A stretch of 64,000 nucleotides of DNA from an uncultured Thermoguttaceae bacterium (GTDB lineage: Bacteria > Planctomycetota > Planctomycetia > Pirellulales > Thermoguttaceae): NCBI GenBank assembly GCA_937951625.1, contig CALFBP010000009.1:20203-84202 (forward strand). The letters are read 5' to 3'. Both the position numbers and the translations under genes were made by a program. Each line of letters starts with the position of its first letter. Positions within the stretch are counted from its first letter, which is position 1. The notes under the pieces are model-generated. The model searched no databases, was not told the DNA's origin, and was given only the letters and a program-made list of their open reading frames with translations. Below, one piece after another: positions 19,591-28,703 of this stretch.

Positions 19591-22350
19591 CTAATCTTCA
19601 GACGAGCCGATATCTTGCCCCTTGCGGCTGCTGGACTTCTTCGCTTTGCGGCCACGTGCCGACTTGGCCGTGGCCTTGGCGGTAGATTTCGCAGCGGTTT
19701 GCGCCGCGGCGGTCGTGCGGGCAGTGGTCTTTTTGCGAACCGTGCGTCGGGTGATCCCTTTTTCGGCCCGCGCAGCCAGCAAAGCCACGGCCTCCTCGAA
19801 CGTCACGGCTTCCGGCGGCGTTCCCCGCGGCAGGGAGGCGTTTGTCGTCCCGTCGGTCACATACGGGCCATACCTGCCGGCCAAGAGTTGAATAGGTTGG
19901 CCCGTGAGCGGCGAGGGATCGAAGACGCGCAAGGGTTCGCGTCGCCGGGCGGGGCCGCGACCCGGCTTGGGCCGCGACAGCAATTCCAATGCCTGTTCCA
20001 AGGTAATTGTCAAGGGAGAAAGATCGGATGGCAGGGACCGCGTTTCAGTACCGCATTTCACGTAGGGACCGAAGCGTCCGTTGTGCGCCGTAATGGGCTG
20101 CTGGGTTTCCGGATGCTTGCCCAGCTCCCGCGGCAGCGACAGCAACGCCAACGCCGTGGCAAGATCCACGTCCTCCGGACGCATTCCTTTCAACAGCGAC
20201 GCATTTTGCGGCTTTTCTTCGTCGTCGGCGTCGCCCCGCTGGACGTAGGGACCAAACCGGCCCGTCTTCAAGTACACGGGCTTGCCCGTCTGAGGACACC
20301 GCCCCAACGGTTCCTCGCCTTGTGCTGCTTGATCGAGGAGGGCCAAGGCTTTATCCAGGGTCAATTCGTCGGGCGCCATGTCCTCGGGCAGGCTGGCGCG
20401 GCGATTGCCTTGTTGGACGAACGGCCCGAAACGTCCCACGCGGACGTAGACGGGCTCGCCCTTCCGCGGGCCGTCCTGCGGCGTTCCAATCAGAATCTGG
20501 CTAACGTCGCGGGCGTTGATCTGGTCCGCCTTGCTCACCACTTGCGGTTTGAGCCCCGGGTGATCGTTGCCGAAGTAAAACCGCGCCAGGTAGTCCAGGT
20601 GTTCCAATTCGCCGCGGCTGATGGCGTCGAGTTCGTCTTCCATCTGGGCGGTGAACTGATAATCCACGAGGTCGGGCAGGTGTTTTTCCAGCAACTGCGA
20701 GACGGCGAACGCGGTCCAGGTGGGAACAAGGACATTGCCGCGTTTGAAGACGTATTTGCGGTTCAAAATGGTCTCGATGATGGTTGCATAAGTGCTCGGT
20801 CGGCCGATGCCCATTTCCTCCAAGGCCCGCGTCAGCGAGGCCTCGCTGTAGCGATTGGGTGGCTGGGTCGTGTGCCGCTTGCACTCCATGCGGCGGCACT
20901 CCAGGACTTCGCCCACGCGAACCTGAGGAAGCACCGTATCGCGGTCGGCTAGTTCCGATTCCGGATCGTCGGAACCTTCGACGTAGGCCCTGAGATAGCC
21001 CGGGAAATCGATCGTCGTTCCGCTCACCTGAAACACCGCCTCGCCCGCCGCCACGGTGATCGTCACCCGGTGCCCCCGCGCGTCGGCCATCTGCGAAGCG
21101 ATGGTTCGCTTCCAGATCAAATCGTAAAGCTTGAATTCCTCAGGCGACAGCTCGCGCCGCAAGGCCTCGGGAAAATCGAAGGGGTGGCCGGCCGGGCGGA
21201 TCGCCTCGTGCGCCTCCTGGGCGTTTTTGACTTTGGTGCGGTAAATGCGGGGTGCCTCCGAAAGGTACTCCCGACCATACTGCGAGGCGATCAAGTCCCG
21301 GGCAGTCTCTACGGCCACGGCGGCCAGATTCGTGGAATCGGTGCGCATGTACGTGATGTGGCCGTTTTCGTAAAGGCTTTGCGCTAGCTGCATGGTCTGC
21401 CGGGCCGTGAAGCCGAATTTGCGGTTGGCCTCCTGCTGGAGCGTGCTCGTCGTGAAAGGCGGATAGGGACGCGTCACATAGGGCCGGTCTTCCAGGTCGG
21501 CGACCCGGCACTCCGAGCGCGAGACTCGCTCGCGAAGGCTCTGGGCCGCCTCTTCGGAAAGCAAAAGCAGCGAAGGATCCTTCAACTGGCCCGTCGCTGG
21601 ATCGAAATCGCGACTGGATGGAATCCGACGCCCGGCCACGCTGACCAGCGTCGCCTCGAACGATTCGCCGCTGGTTTTGGCGAACTCGCCCAGCAAATCC
21701 CAAAACGTGGCGGGAACAAACGCCATGCGCTGGCGTTCTCGTTCCACGATCAGTCGCACCGCCACGCTCTGCACCCGACCGGCCGAGAGCTTCGGCCGGA
21801 CCTTGCGCCATAATAATGGCGACACCTCGTAGCCGTAGAGTCGGTCGATGATTCGCCGGGTTTCCTGGGCGCGGACCAGGGCTTGGTCGATTTGGCGTGG
21901 GCTTCGCAAGGCCTCCTGAATCGCCTCCTGGGTGATTTCATGAAAAACCAGCCGGCGCACGGGCACTTTGGGCTGCAAGACCTCGCACAGATGCCAGCTT
22001 ATCGCCTCTCCCTCGCGGTCTTCGTCCGTCGCCAGATACAGGTCCTTTGCATCCGTCAGCATCCGCTTAAGCTTCCGGACCTGTTTCACCTTATCTTTGG
22101 GTATCACGTAAACTGGTTCAAATCCCCGCTCGACATTCACCCCCAAATAGGCCCAATCTTCCTTCTTGTACTCCTTAGGAAGGTCTTTAGCCCCCTCTGG
22201 TAGGTCCCGGATATGGCCGATACTCGCCTCGATCGCGAACTCTGGGCCGAGAAAACGACTGATCGTCCTCGCTTTGGCGGGCGATTCCACGATGACCAGG
22301 GATTTTCCTGATTTGCCTGATGTCTTGTTGGCCATTCGTTCAAACATCAA
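19591..22350 (-). CDS. topA: DNA topoisomerase I (type IA).
   Basis: 919 aa. The TOPRIM segment is SLVIVESPAKARTISRFLG. It also has DEDREGEAISWH, the active-site region ITYMRTDS, four C-terminal GRFGPY-type repeats and a basic Lys/Ala/Thr tail. Confidence 0.95.
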   Translation of the reverse strand: MMFERMANKTSGKSGKSLVIVESPAKARTISRFLGPEFAIEASIGHIRDLPEGAKDLPKEYKKEDWAYLGVNVERGFEPVYVIPKDKVKQVRKLKRMLTDAKDLYLATDEDREGEAISWHLCEVLQPKVPVRRLVFHEITQEAIQEALRSPRQIDQALVRAQETRRIIDRLYGYEVSPLLWRKVRPKLSAGRVQSVAVRLIVERERQRMAFVPATFWDLLGEFAKTSGESFEATLVSVAGRRIPSSRDFDPATGQLKDPSLLLLSEEAAQSLRERVSRSECRVADLEDRPYVTRPYPPFTTSTLQQEANRKFGFTARQTMQLAQSLYENGHITYMRTDSTNLAAVAVETARDLIASQYGREYLSEAPRIYRTKVKNAQEAHEAIRPAGHPFDFPEALRRELSPEEFKLYDLIWKRTIASQMADARGHRVTITVAAGEAVFQVSGTTIDFPGYLRAYVEGSDDPESELADRDTVLPQVRVGEVLECRRMECKRHTTQPPNRYSEASLTRALEEMGIGRPSTYATIIETILNRKYVFKRGNVLVPTWTAFAVSQLLEKHLPDLVDYQFTAQMEDELDAISRGELEHLDYLARFYFGNDHPGLKPQVVSKADQINARDVSQILIGTPQDGPRKGEPVYVRVGRFGPFVQQGNRRASLPEDMAPDELTLDKALALLDQAAQGEEPLGRCPQTGKPVYLKTGRFGPYVQRGDADDEEKPQNASLLKGMRPEDVDLATALALLSLPRELGKHPETQQPITAHNGRFGPYVKCGTETRSLPSDLSPLTITLEQALELLSRPKPGRGPARRREPLRVFDPSPLTGQPIQLLAGRYGPYVTDGTTNASLPRGTPPEAVTFEEAVALLAARAEKGITRRTVRKKTTARTTAAAQTAAKSTAKATAKSARGRKAKKSSSRKGQDIGSSED

Positions 22351-22989
22351 TCTCGGAAAAAGCGAAGCTGCCGGACTGTTCGCGGCATCGCTGGTTTGAC
22401 CATTTCACTTGCATTTCGGCAGCAAACTCATGCCTGCATTCCTGGCGGCAGAAATACCCCTCTGTCGAAAACAAGCTTATGCCCCCGCCGGAAACATAAG
22501 TGGCGAAAAAGCAACAGTCGCGTGGCTTCCAATGTTTAGTAAGGCCCCCTCGTTCACTATCCACGCACTGCAATACGCCATTAATGGGGGTATCAAAAAG
22601 TGTTGCTACATCCCGGTCGAAAGTATTGTCTTCTGGTATCCGTTCCTAGGAAGTGTCACCCTCGGCTTCATTCTTTTCTACTTGCCGCGTTCGTCCAGGG
22701 GATACCTTGGAGAAAACCCGTATCCGAGCCTAAGCTCGTATGAGGGATTGCATTTGCGCCAAATCCACCTAAAATCTTCGGCTTACGTTGGCTTGCGCGC
22801 ATCGGACACTCATAATACGGTGTCCCAGTGCCTGTCAAGTCGAGTTTGGCGTTTCGACCCACCCTTTGGAGGGCAAAATTGGCCGAGATTGACCGAACCA
22901 ATGGTTCGTTACCCGGCTTATTGGCAAGCACCGCTCGTGCGATGGTTCCCCGCGGCGTGGGGGCGGCGATTTGAAGGAAGGAAAGATTC

Positions 22990-25290
22990 GTGGCCCAATT
23001 CATGAGAACGTTTCGCAAGCACCGCAAGGTCTTGCTGGCAATCTTAACGCTCTTGGCGATGTTGTCGTTCGTCTTCTTGCCGACGATCTTGGAAATCATG
23101 CAGACAGAAGGGCGCGGGCGCAATCCGGTCGTGGTGAAGACCTCGAAGTATGGCTCGCTCACGGAGCGCCAGGTGGATGGGCTGTTGCGCCAACGGCAGC
23201 GTCTCTACGCATTTCTGCGACAAATGCATGAGGTGGTGCGGACCAAGGGCGGACGCGGCGACGCGATTCGCGAGGCCTTGACTTCCTTTGGCGCATCCCC
23301 AGCAAGCGAAGAGGCGGCGATCGAAAACTGGCTCCATGCCTTGCGGGCGGAGGAACTCGGTTTCAAAGTCAGCGAAAAGGCCGTCAACGACTACTTGGCC
23401 AGCCTTGCCGAGGGCAAGGTCAGCAACGAAGACGTCAAGCAGATTCTTAAGCAGATGCGCATGTCCCAGGGGCAGTTGTTCGAGGGCCTGCGGACCGAAT
23501 TATTGGCCTTGCGGTTGGCGCAGACCTTCTGGATCAGCTTGGCGGCCGCCACCCCAGCCCAACGCTGGGAATACTATCAACGACTCAACCGAAAGGCCAA
23601 AATCGAGGCCATTCCAGTTCCTGCCGTTCAGTTCGCCGAAAAAGTTGCACCGCCCTCCGAAGCGGACCTTCGGGCTTTTTTCGAGGAACACAAGGACCGA
23701 CTCCCAGACCCGGATGCGCCCGAGCCCGGTTTTAAGGAACCCCATCGGGTTGACATCCAATACTTGAAAGCCACGGTAGAGACCTTCATGGACCCCGCGG
23801 CCGTCACCGAGCAGGCGATCCGCGATTATTATGAGGAAAACAAAGACCGGCTTTACAAGGACATGCTTCCGGAGGGCCCCGCTCCGGCATCCCCCAAACC
23901 TGAAACGCCCAAACCTGAAACGCCCAAGGCCGAGCCAGCTGAGGCCGAGCCTGCTAAGGCCGAGCCAAACCCACCGGAATCGTCAAAGTCCACACCGCCC
24001 AGTGGGGACGCAGCGCCTAGTAGCGAGGAGCCTGCGTCACCGGGGCCGGGCAAAAGTTCTCACTCGGCGCGACGTTCCCCCTTCCGGCTGGTCGCCGAAG
24101 AAAAGGCGGCGTCGCCATCGCTGCCCAAACTGGATGCTCCGGTCAAGCCGGAGATGCCGGCTTCGGCTTCAGGCGAGGACCAAGCAAAGGCGGATTCAGC
24201 TTCGGCGAAACCGGCGCCTGCGTCGGCAAAACCCGATCCTGCCGCCCCAAAGCCGGAATCGCCCGAGGCCGCCAAACCCGAGGCCACTAAACCTGAGACC
24301 GCCAAACCAGCGCCGGTCAAATACAAGCCGCTTGCCGACGTGCAGGAGGAGATCCGCAAGACGTTGGCCCGCGAGGCAGCCGAAGCCAAGATCCGCGACG
24401 TGCTGCGCCGGCTCCAGGACCGGCTAGTGCAATTTGAGACGCAATGGACGTTGTACGATTCGTTGGATCCGGAGAAGAAGGCCTCCACGCCTCCACCCGC
24501 CCGGCCAGATTTTGTCGCCCTGGCCAAGGAACACCGCCTGACCGCCGCGCAGACCGGGCTGATGTCGGCCCGGCAGATGGCCGAGACGGACATTGGCAAG
24601 TCGATGACCGAGGGAGGAACGTCTTTCATCCAGGCGGCCTTTCAGAAAAGCGCGCTGGCGTTTCGACCGGGCCTAGCCCAGGACAACGAGGGTCATAGCT
24701 ATCTGTATTGGGAAGTGGACGACGCCCCGGAGCGTGTGCCCGAATTCGACGAGCCGGGCGTGCGCGAGCGGGTTCTCGAGGGTTGGAAGTTGTTCCATGC
24801 CCGGGACCTCGCCACGCAAGAGGCCGAACGGCTTGCTGCCGAGGCCCGCAAAGCCGGCAAGCCCCTGGCCGAGGCCTTTGCCGGGCAGAAAGACGTGCGA
24901 GTGCTTACTCCCCCACCCTTCACCTGGCTGACCTTCGGTAACCTGCCCGTATGGTTCCGAGTGCGTCCGCCGCAATATAGCGAGGTCGTCGGCATTCCCG
25001 GGGCAGGCGAAGACTTCATGCGTGCTATTTTCGCCCTCAAGCCCAACGAGATCGGTCTGGCCCCCGACCGTGCGAAAGCAACGATCTACGTGGTGCGGTT
25101 GGTCGAGTACAGCCCCAGCGATTCGGTGCTGTGGGACATGTTTGTCGCCGACGATTACCGCGGCTATGCCATGGTGGCGCGCTACGACCAACTCGAGGTG
25201 GGCAGCCGTTGGCGGGAGCAGGTCCGCAGCGAAGCAGGCTTGAAATGGCTTCGCGAGCCTTTCCGCGGCCGGGGCGAATTCGAGGACTGA
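22990..25290 (+). CDS. PpiD/SurA-N-like periplasmic chaperone with a long acidic Pro/Ala/Lys low-complexity insert.
   Basis: 766 aa. The N-terminus is MAQFMRTFRKHRKVLLAILTLLAMLSFVFLP, a PpiD-type signal anchor. The central insert is PKPETPKPETPKAEPAEAEPAKAEP...AKPEATKPETAKPAP. I did not recognise a clear rotamase motif. The start is GTG at 22990 after GAAGGAAGGAAAG, with an alternative ATG at 23002. Confidence 0.5.
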   Translation: MAQFMRTFRKHRKVLLAILTLLAMLSFVFLPTILEIMQTEGRGRNPVVVKTSKYGSLTERQVDGLLRQRQRLYAFLRQMHEVVRTKGGRGDAIREALTSFGASPASEEAAIENWLHALRAEELGFKVSEKAVNDYLASLAEGKVSNEDVKQILKQMRMSQGQLFEGLRTELLALRLAQTFWISLAAATPAQRWEYYQRLNRKAKIEAIPVPAVQFAEKVAPPSEADLRAFFEEHKDRLPDPDAPEPGFKEPHRVDIQYLKATVETFMDPAAVTEQAIRDYYEENKDRLYKDMLPEGPAPASPKPETPKPETPKAEPAEAEPAKAEPNPPESSKSTPPSGDAAPSSEEPASPGPGKSSHSARRSPFRLVAEEKAASPSLPKLDAPVKPEMPASASGEDQAKADSASAKPAPASAKPDPAAPKPESPEAAKPEATKPETAKPAPVKYKPLADVQEEIRKTLAREAAEAKIRDVLRRLQDRLVQFETQWTLYDSLDPEKKASTPPPARPDFVALAKEHRLTAAQTGLMSARQMAETDIGKSMTEGGTSFIQAAFQKSALAFRPGLAQDNEGHSYLYWEVDDAPERVPEFDEPGVRERVLEGWKLFHARDLATQEAERLAAEARKAGKPLAEAFAGQKDVRVLTPPPFTWLTFGNLPVWFRVRPPQYSEVVGIPGAGEDFMRAIFALKPNEIGLAPDRAKATIYVVRLVEYSPSDSVLWDMFVADDYRGYAMVARYDQLEVGSRWREQVRSEAGLKWLREPFRGRGEFED

Positions 25291-25442
25291 TGACTTGAAA
25301 CTACCCCTTCGCCGGGAACCATGGGACGGACGGGAACACTCGGGGGGCAGTCCGAAATGTGGCGCTCCGCTCGTCTCATCGTCAAACCAGGCCGCCGTAT
25401 GCCGCGTGATCGCATTGCCTGAGAGGGAGAGAGGAAGCGGCC

Positions 25443-26225
25443 ATGCGGGTATGCTATCTGAACCTACGGCGCAGGGCCGATCGCAACGCCCAGTTCCTGC
25501 GTTGGAACGCCGCCGTCGCCGAGTTGGATCGCGTCGAGGCCGTTGATGGAACGTCCGTGACCATCGAGGAACTCGTGCGCGATGGGGTAATCCGGGAACC
25601 GCTCAAGCACTTCACTGCTGGCTCGCTGGGCTGCACCGCGTCGCACAAAAAAATGTGGGAACGCGCGGTGGCCGAGCAAGCGGTCCTCACGGTGGCGGAG
25701 GACGACGCCGTGCTGAATCGGCGCTTCGCCGAAAAGGTCCCGGACTTGCTGGCCCGCCTACCGCCGGATTGGGACATCGTCCTCTGGGGCTGGAATTTCG
25801 ACGCCCTTCTGCACGTGGAGATCATCCCGGGGCTGAAACGGGCAACCGTTCGATCCCACAAACAACCCCTTGGCCCACGGCTTGCCGAGTTTCAATCCAA
25901 GGATTATGAGGCGTGCCTTTTTCCCTTGATCGCGGCCTTCGGCACAGTCTGCTATTCCATCTCGCCGAAGGGCGCCGACCAATTGCTCAGACGATGTTTT
26001 CCCCTCAAAAGGGAACGCATCCTGGTGCCCGGCATGAAGATTCGCTTGCCCAATAACACCATCGACGTGGTGTTGATCCAGCATTACCGAAACGTGAAAT
26101 CCTACGTCTGCCTTCCTCCTTTGGCGTGGACCGAGAACGACAAAAGCGGCTCGGACATCGAACCCAAGCGGTCGTGGCTCAACCGGGTCGGCCGATGGGT
26201 TTACGGTCGGATTTGGGGAGGTTGA
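25443..26225 (+). CDS. Glycosyltransferase family 25-like protein of the LPS/LOS biosynthesis type.
   Basis: 260 aa. The N-terminus MRVCYLNLRRRADRNAQF...VEAVDG, together with GSLGCTASHKKMWE and LTVAEDDAVL, resembles GT25 proteins. Confidence 0.6.
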   Translation: MRVCYLNLRRRADRNAQFLRWNAAVAELDRVEAVDGTSVTIEELVRDGVIREPLKHFTAGSLGCTASHKKMWERAVAEQAVLTVAEDDAVLNRRFAEKVPDLLARLPPDWDIVLWGWNFDALLHVEIIPGLKRATVRSHKQPLGPRLAEFQSKDYEACLFPLIAAFGTVCYSISPKGADQLLRRCFPLKRERILVPGMKIRLPNNTIDVVLIQHYRNVKSYVCLPPLAWTENDKSGSDIEPKRSWLNRVGRWVYGRIWGG

Positions 26226-26246
26226 CGTTGGTCGTCCGGCTGAACT

Positions 26247-27152
26247 TCATCGCGTTGCGGGCGAAAGCATTCCGAAGACTTCCCGGGGGTCGAACAGCAA
26301 CGGGAAGAATTGTCCGCCCATCTGTTGGCCTTTGGGGATGGGGGGAACCCCGTGGAGCAGCGGTTTGTCGGAGGCTGATTCTGTGCCATCTAGGAACATA
26401 TTGATGACCACCGCGCGGCGAGGCCGGTCCGAAGCGTTGCCGTAGGAGCCGTGGACCATGAGCGGGTGGTGGAATGTGGCGAAGCCTTTTTTGAGTTCGG
26501 CGGCCACGGGCTTGAACTGGGCCTTTTGTTCGTCGGTCAGGACGCTTTGGATCGCGTCCATGCCACCTGCCAGCCCCGTGATTGGCAAAAGCGGCCAACG
26601 GTGGCTGCCCGGAATGTAGTGAACGCAACCGTTTTCCACCGTCGCGTCGTCCAAGCCGATCCAACAGGTCAAATGGTTCATCGGCTGGGTGCGCGTCCAA
26701 TACGAATAATCCTGATGCCAGGCCACCACGCCGCCATGATGCGGCGGTTTGCAGAACAATTGATCGTGCCAGAATCGCACCGCGCCGCCTAAAAGCTGCG
26801 CGGCGGGGACCGTCATGGCCGGGTTCCAAAGCACGTCGTGCAATCCAGGGGTGATCCGCCACGCCCCCAAGGCGTGGAACAAAACGGTGTTGGGGTCTTT
26901 CGATTCATTCGAGTGATATTCGTAGAACAATTCGTGGCCGGGGTGCTTGGGATCGAACAACGACTCCAACTCCCGGCAGAGCGCGTCGACCTGAGCCTCG
27001 TCCAGCACTTTGATTCCCGCGAGGTAGCCCTCGCGGCGGTAGAACTCCACCTGTTCCTCGCTCAGCCGATACCGCAACCACTCGTCCCGCGTTTGAGGAA
27101 GGGAAAACAAGTTGCCGATGGGGCGATGATGTTGGGAAAGGTCTTCCACCAT
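26247..27152 (-). CDS. Phytanoyl-CoA dioxygenase (PhyH) family Fe(II)/2-oxoglutarate oxygenase.
   Basis: Motifs seen are [13 protein letters not shown] (HxD facial triad), [12 protein letters not shown] and [10 protein letters not shown]. The track ORF runs to 27347. I prefer the internal ATG at 27152 (MVEDLSQ...), which follows AAGGAAAAA and avoids overlap with the divergent gene. Confidence 0.75.
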   Translation of the reverse strand: MVEDLSQHHRPIGNLFSLPQTRDEWLRYRLSEEQVEFYRREGYLAGIKVLDEAQVDALCRELESLFDPKHPGHELFYEYHSNESKDPNTVLFHALGAWRITPGLHDVLWNPAMTVPAAQLLGGAVRFWHDQLFCKPPHHGGVVAWHQDYSYWTRTQPMNHLTCWIGLDDATVENGCVHYIPGSHRWPLLPITGLAGGMDAIQSVLTDEQKAQFKPVAAELKKGFATFHHPLMVHGSYGNASDRPRRAVVINMFLDGTESASDKPLLHGVPPIPKGQQMGGQFFPLLFDPREVFGMLSPATR

Positions 27153-27363
27153 AGCTGATTTTTCCTTAATTTTGGCAGGGACGATCAACGATTGGCCAAG
27201 CAATGGTATCGGTAGCCGCGGCGGAGGCAAGTCCGTCCCGGTGGGGCCTGCACAAACCAGCGTCGCGACGTGTCGGTCGTCAGTGGTCGCATGACAATTG
27301 ACGCAAGTTGCGGGAGTCGGGCAGTGGGTCGCCAATTCAGCCTGCAAGCGTTACGATGACATC

Positions 27364-28254
27364 ATGGTAGCCACGCTCAACACGCCCCTCGCCACCGTGC
27401 CGCCGCCTGCGCCTGGGAGCTTGCGGTGGCCCATGGCGCCCGTTTGGATGGCGTGTTGCGTCGGGCTGGGGCTTTTGGTGGGGTGGGCGGCCGTCGTGAC
27501 CCGAGCTTACGCCGCGCCGCTGCTCCTGTTTCCCCTGGTAGTTGGCTGTGTTCTCGGGGGCTTGCTCGCGCTGGCGATGCGACTTTTGAACGTGGGCCAC
27601 CGTCCTACGATCTGGGGGGGAGCCGTCACGGCGGGCGTGTTGGCCGTGGCCGCTCAACACTACTTCACGTTCGTGCAAATGCATCGTCAATATGCCCGGC
27701 AACCGGACCGCCTCGTCAAACTTCGCCTCGTGGCGCCGGAGCGAGTGCCGCCGTCGCACTTTTTTCCCTTTTTGCTGTGGAGCGCCGAGCGGGGACTGCC
27801 GTTGGGAGGTTGGCGAGCCCAGGGCGGCTGGGTCTGGCTCGCCTGGAGCATCGACGGGCTTCTTGTGTTGCTGCCCACGATCCTTCTTCCCGCCGCCACC
27901 GCCAAGCTGCCGTATTGCGACCGCTGCAACCGATGGTACCGCACGGTTCGCAGCGGAAAATGGACACCCTCGCTGATTGCGGAATGGCCGGACTTGACTG
28001 AAACCTGCCGCGCCGACGTCGCCGACGCGGTCGAGCTTTCCGCGCCCTTGGCGACGATCCAACGTTACCGCCTGATCGCTTGCGAAGGCGGCTGCGGGCC
28101 GACCGGCTTGATTCTCTCCGGTGAAGACGTGCGCGGCCGCCCCGCGGCCCAGGTCCTTTGGTTGGACGCGGCGGGGCGCGAGCAGGTCGTGGCTGTCCTC
28201 GACCGAAGCGTGCAGACGTCCTCCGCCTCGCTTTCCTCCACGGACAACCTTTAA
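27364..28254 (+). CDS. Hypothetical polytopic membrane protein with a Cys-containing cytoplasmic C-terminal domain.
   Basis: It has about 4 predicted hydrophobic helices (WMACCVGLGLLVGWAAVV, LLLFPLVVGCVLGGLLALAM, AVTAGVLAVAAQHYF, WVWLAWSIDGLLVLLPTILL). These are followed by YCDRCNRWY and ACEGGCGP. The track start at 27298 is TTG, and the ATG at 27364 is preferred. Confidence 0.4.
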   Translation: MVATLNTPLATVPPPAPGSLRWPMAPVWMACCVGLGLLVGWAAVVTRAYAAPLLLFPLVVGCVLGGLLALAMRLLNVGHRPTIWGGAVTAGVLAVAAQHYFTFVQMHRQYARQPDRLVKLRLVAPERVPPSHFFPFLLWSAERGLPLGGWRAQGGWVWLAWSIDGLLVLLPTILLPAATAKLPYCDRCNRWYRTVRSGKWTPSLIAEWPDLTETCRADVADAVELSAPLATIQRYRLIACEGGCGPTGLILSGEDVRGRPAAQVLWLDAAGREQVVAVLDRSVQTSSASLSSTDNL

Positions 28255-28272
28255 TCGCATTCCGACCTTTCC

Positions 28273-28671
28273 ATGGACGTTCTTGGCATTGGCACCGACA
28301 TTACTGAATGTCTGCGAATCGCGCAGATGATCGAGCGGCACGGCGAGCTGTTCGTCGATCGCGTGTACACGCCTGAGGAAATCCGTTATTGCCAGCAGCG
28401 TAAGCAAGCCACGCAGCATTTCACGGGCCGCTGGGCTGCCAAGGAGGCGGTGCTCAAGGCCATTGGCACCGGCTGGCGCCAAGGAATAAGCTGGCGCGAC
28501 ATCGAGGTCCAAAACGAGCCGGGCGGAAGGCCCACGATCTGTCTTCGCGGCGGGGCCAAAGAAGCGGCCCAACGACGAGGGATCGTCGAGGTCCTTATTT
28601 CCATCTCTCACTGCCGGACCCACGCCACGGCGTTTGCCGTGGCTTTAGGCAAGTCCACGGGGCTGCCTTGA
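28273..28671 (+). CDS. acpS: Holo-[acyl-carrier-protein] synthase (AcpS-type phosphopantetheinyl transferase).
   Basis: 132 aa. Motifs seen are LGIGTDITECLRI, FTGRWAAKEAVLKAIG and ISISHCRTHATAFAV. Confidence 0.85.
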   Translation: MDVLGIGTDITECLRIAQMIERHGELFVDRVYTPEEIRYCQQRKQATQHFTGRWAAKEAVLKAIGTGWRQGISWRDIEVQNEPGGRPTICLRGGAKEAAQRRGIVEVLISISHCRTHATAFAVALGKSTGLP

Positions 28672-28703
28672 ACCAACCCTATTTTGGCCCGCCGCCTTGG
28701 CCC

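Noticed and set aside
22895-22935. The sequence GGTTCGTTACCCGGCTTATTGG resembles the 3' P4 strand of bacterial RNase P RNA (ACAGAACCCGGCTTAT).
   Set aside because: - I found no matching 5' P4 partner (GAGGAAAGTCCGGGC, or any AAGCCGGG/AAGTCCGG) within about 450 nt upstream.
- The region is A+T-rich, whereas RNase P RNA in a high-G+C organism is G+C-rich.
- This is probably a chance match, and cmscan would settle it.
22409-23162. ORFs of 198 aa (plus strand) and 164 aa (minus strand) in the low-G+C topA/PpiD spacer.
   Set aside because: - The translations have no signal, motif or plausible composition.
- Both overlap the better-supported PpiD-like start.
- The region is better treated as non-coding.
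27153-27347. Long N-terminal extensions implied by the track's most-upstream start codons. This applies to PhyH here, and also to CPBP 29445-29639, TolC-like 34958-35122, CBM9-like 54636-54815, GH140 60449-60496 and fasciclin 62207-62278.
   Set aside because: The extensions are Arg/Pro-rich or precede obvious signal peptides, several would overlap neighbouring genes, and internal ATGs with SD-like sequences or ATGA coupling fit better. These are judgement calls, not proofs.
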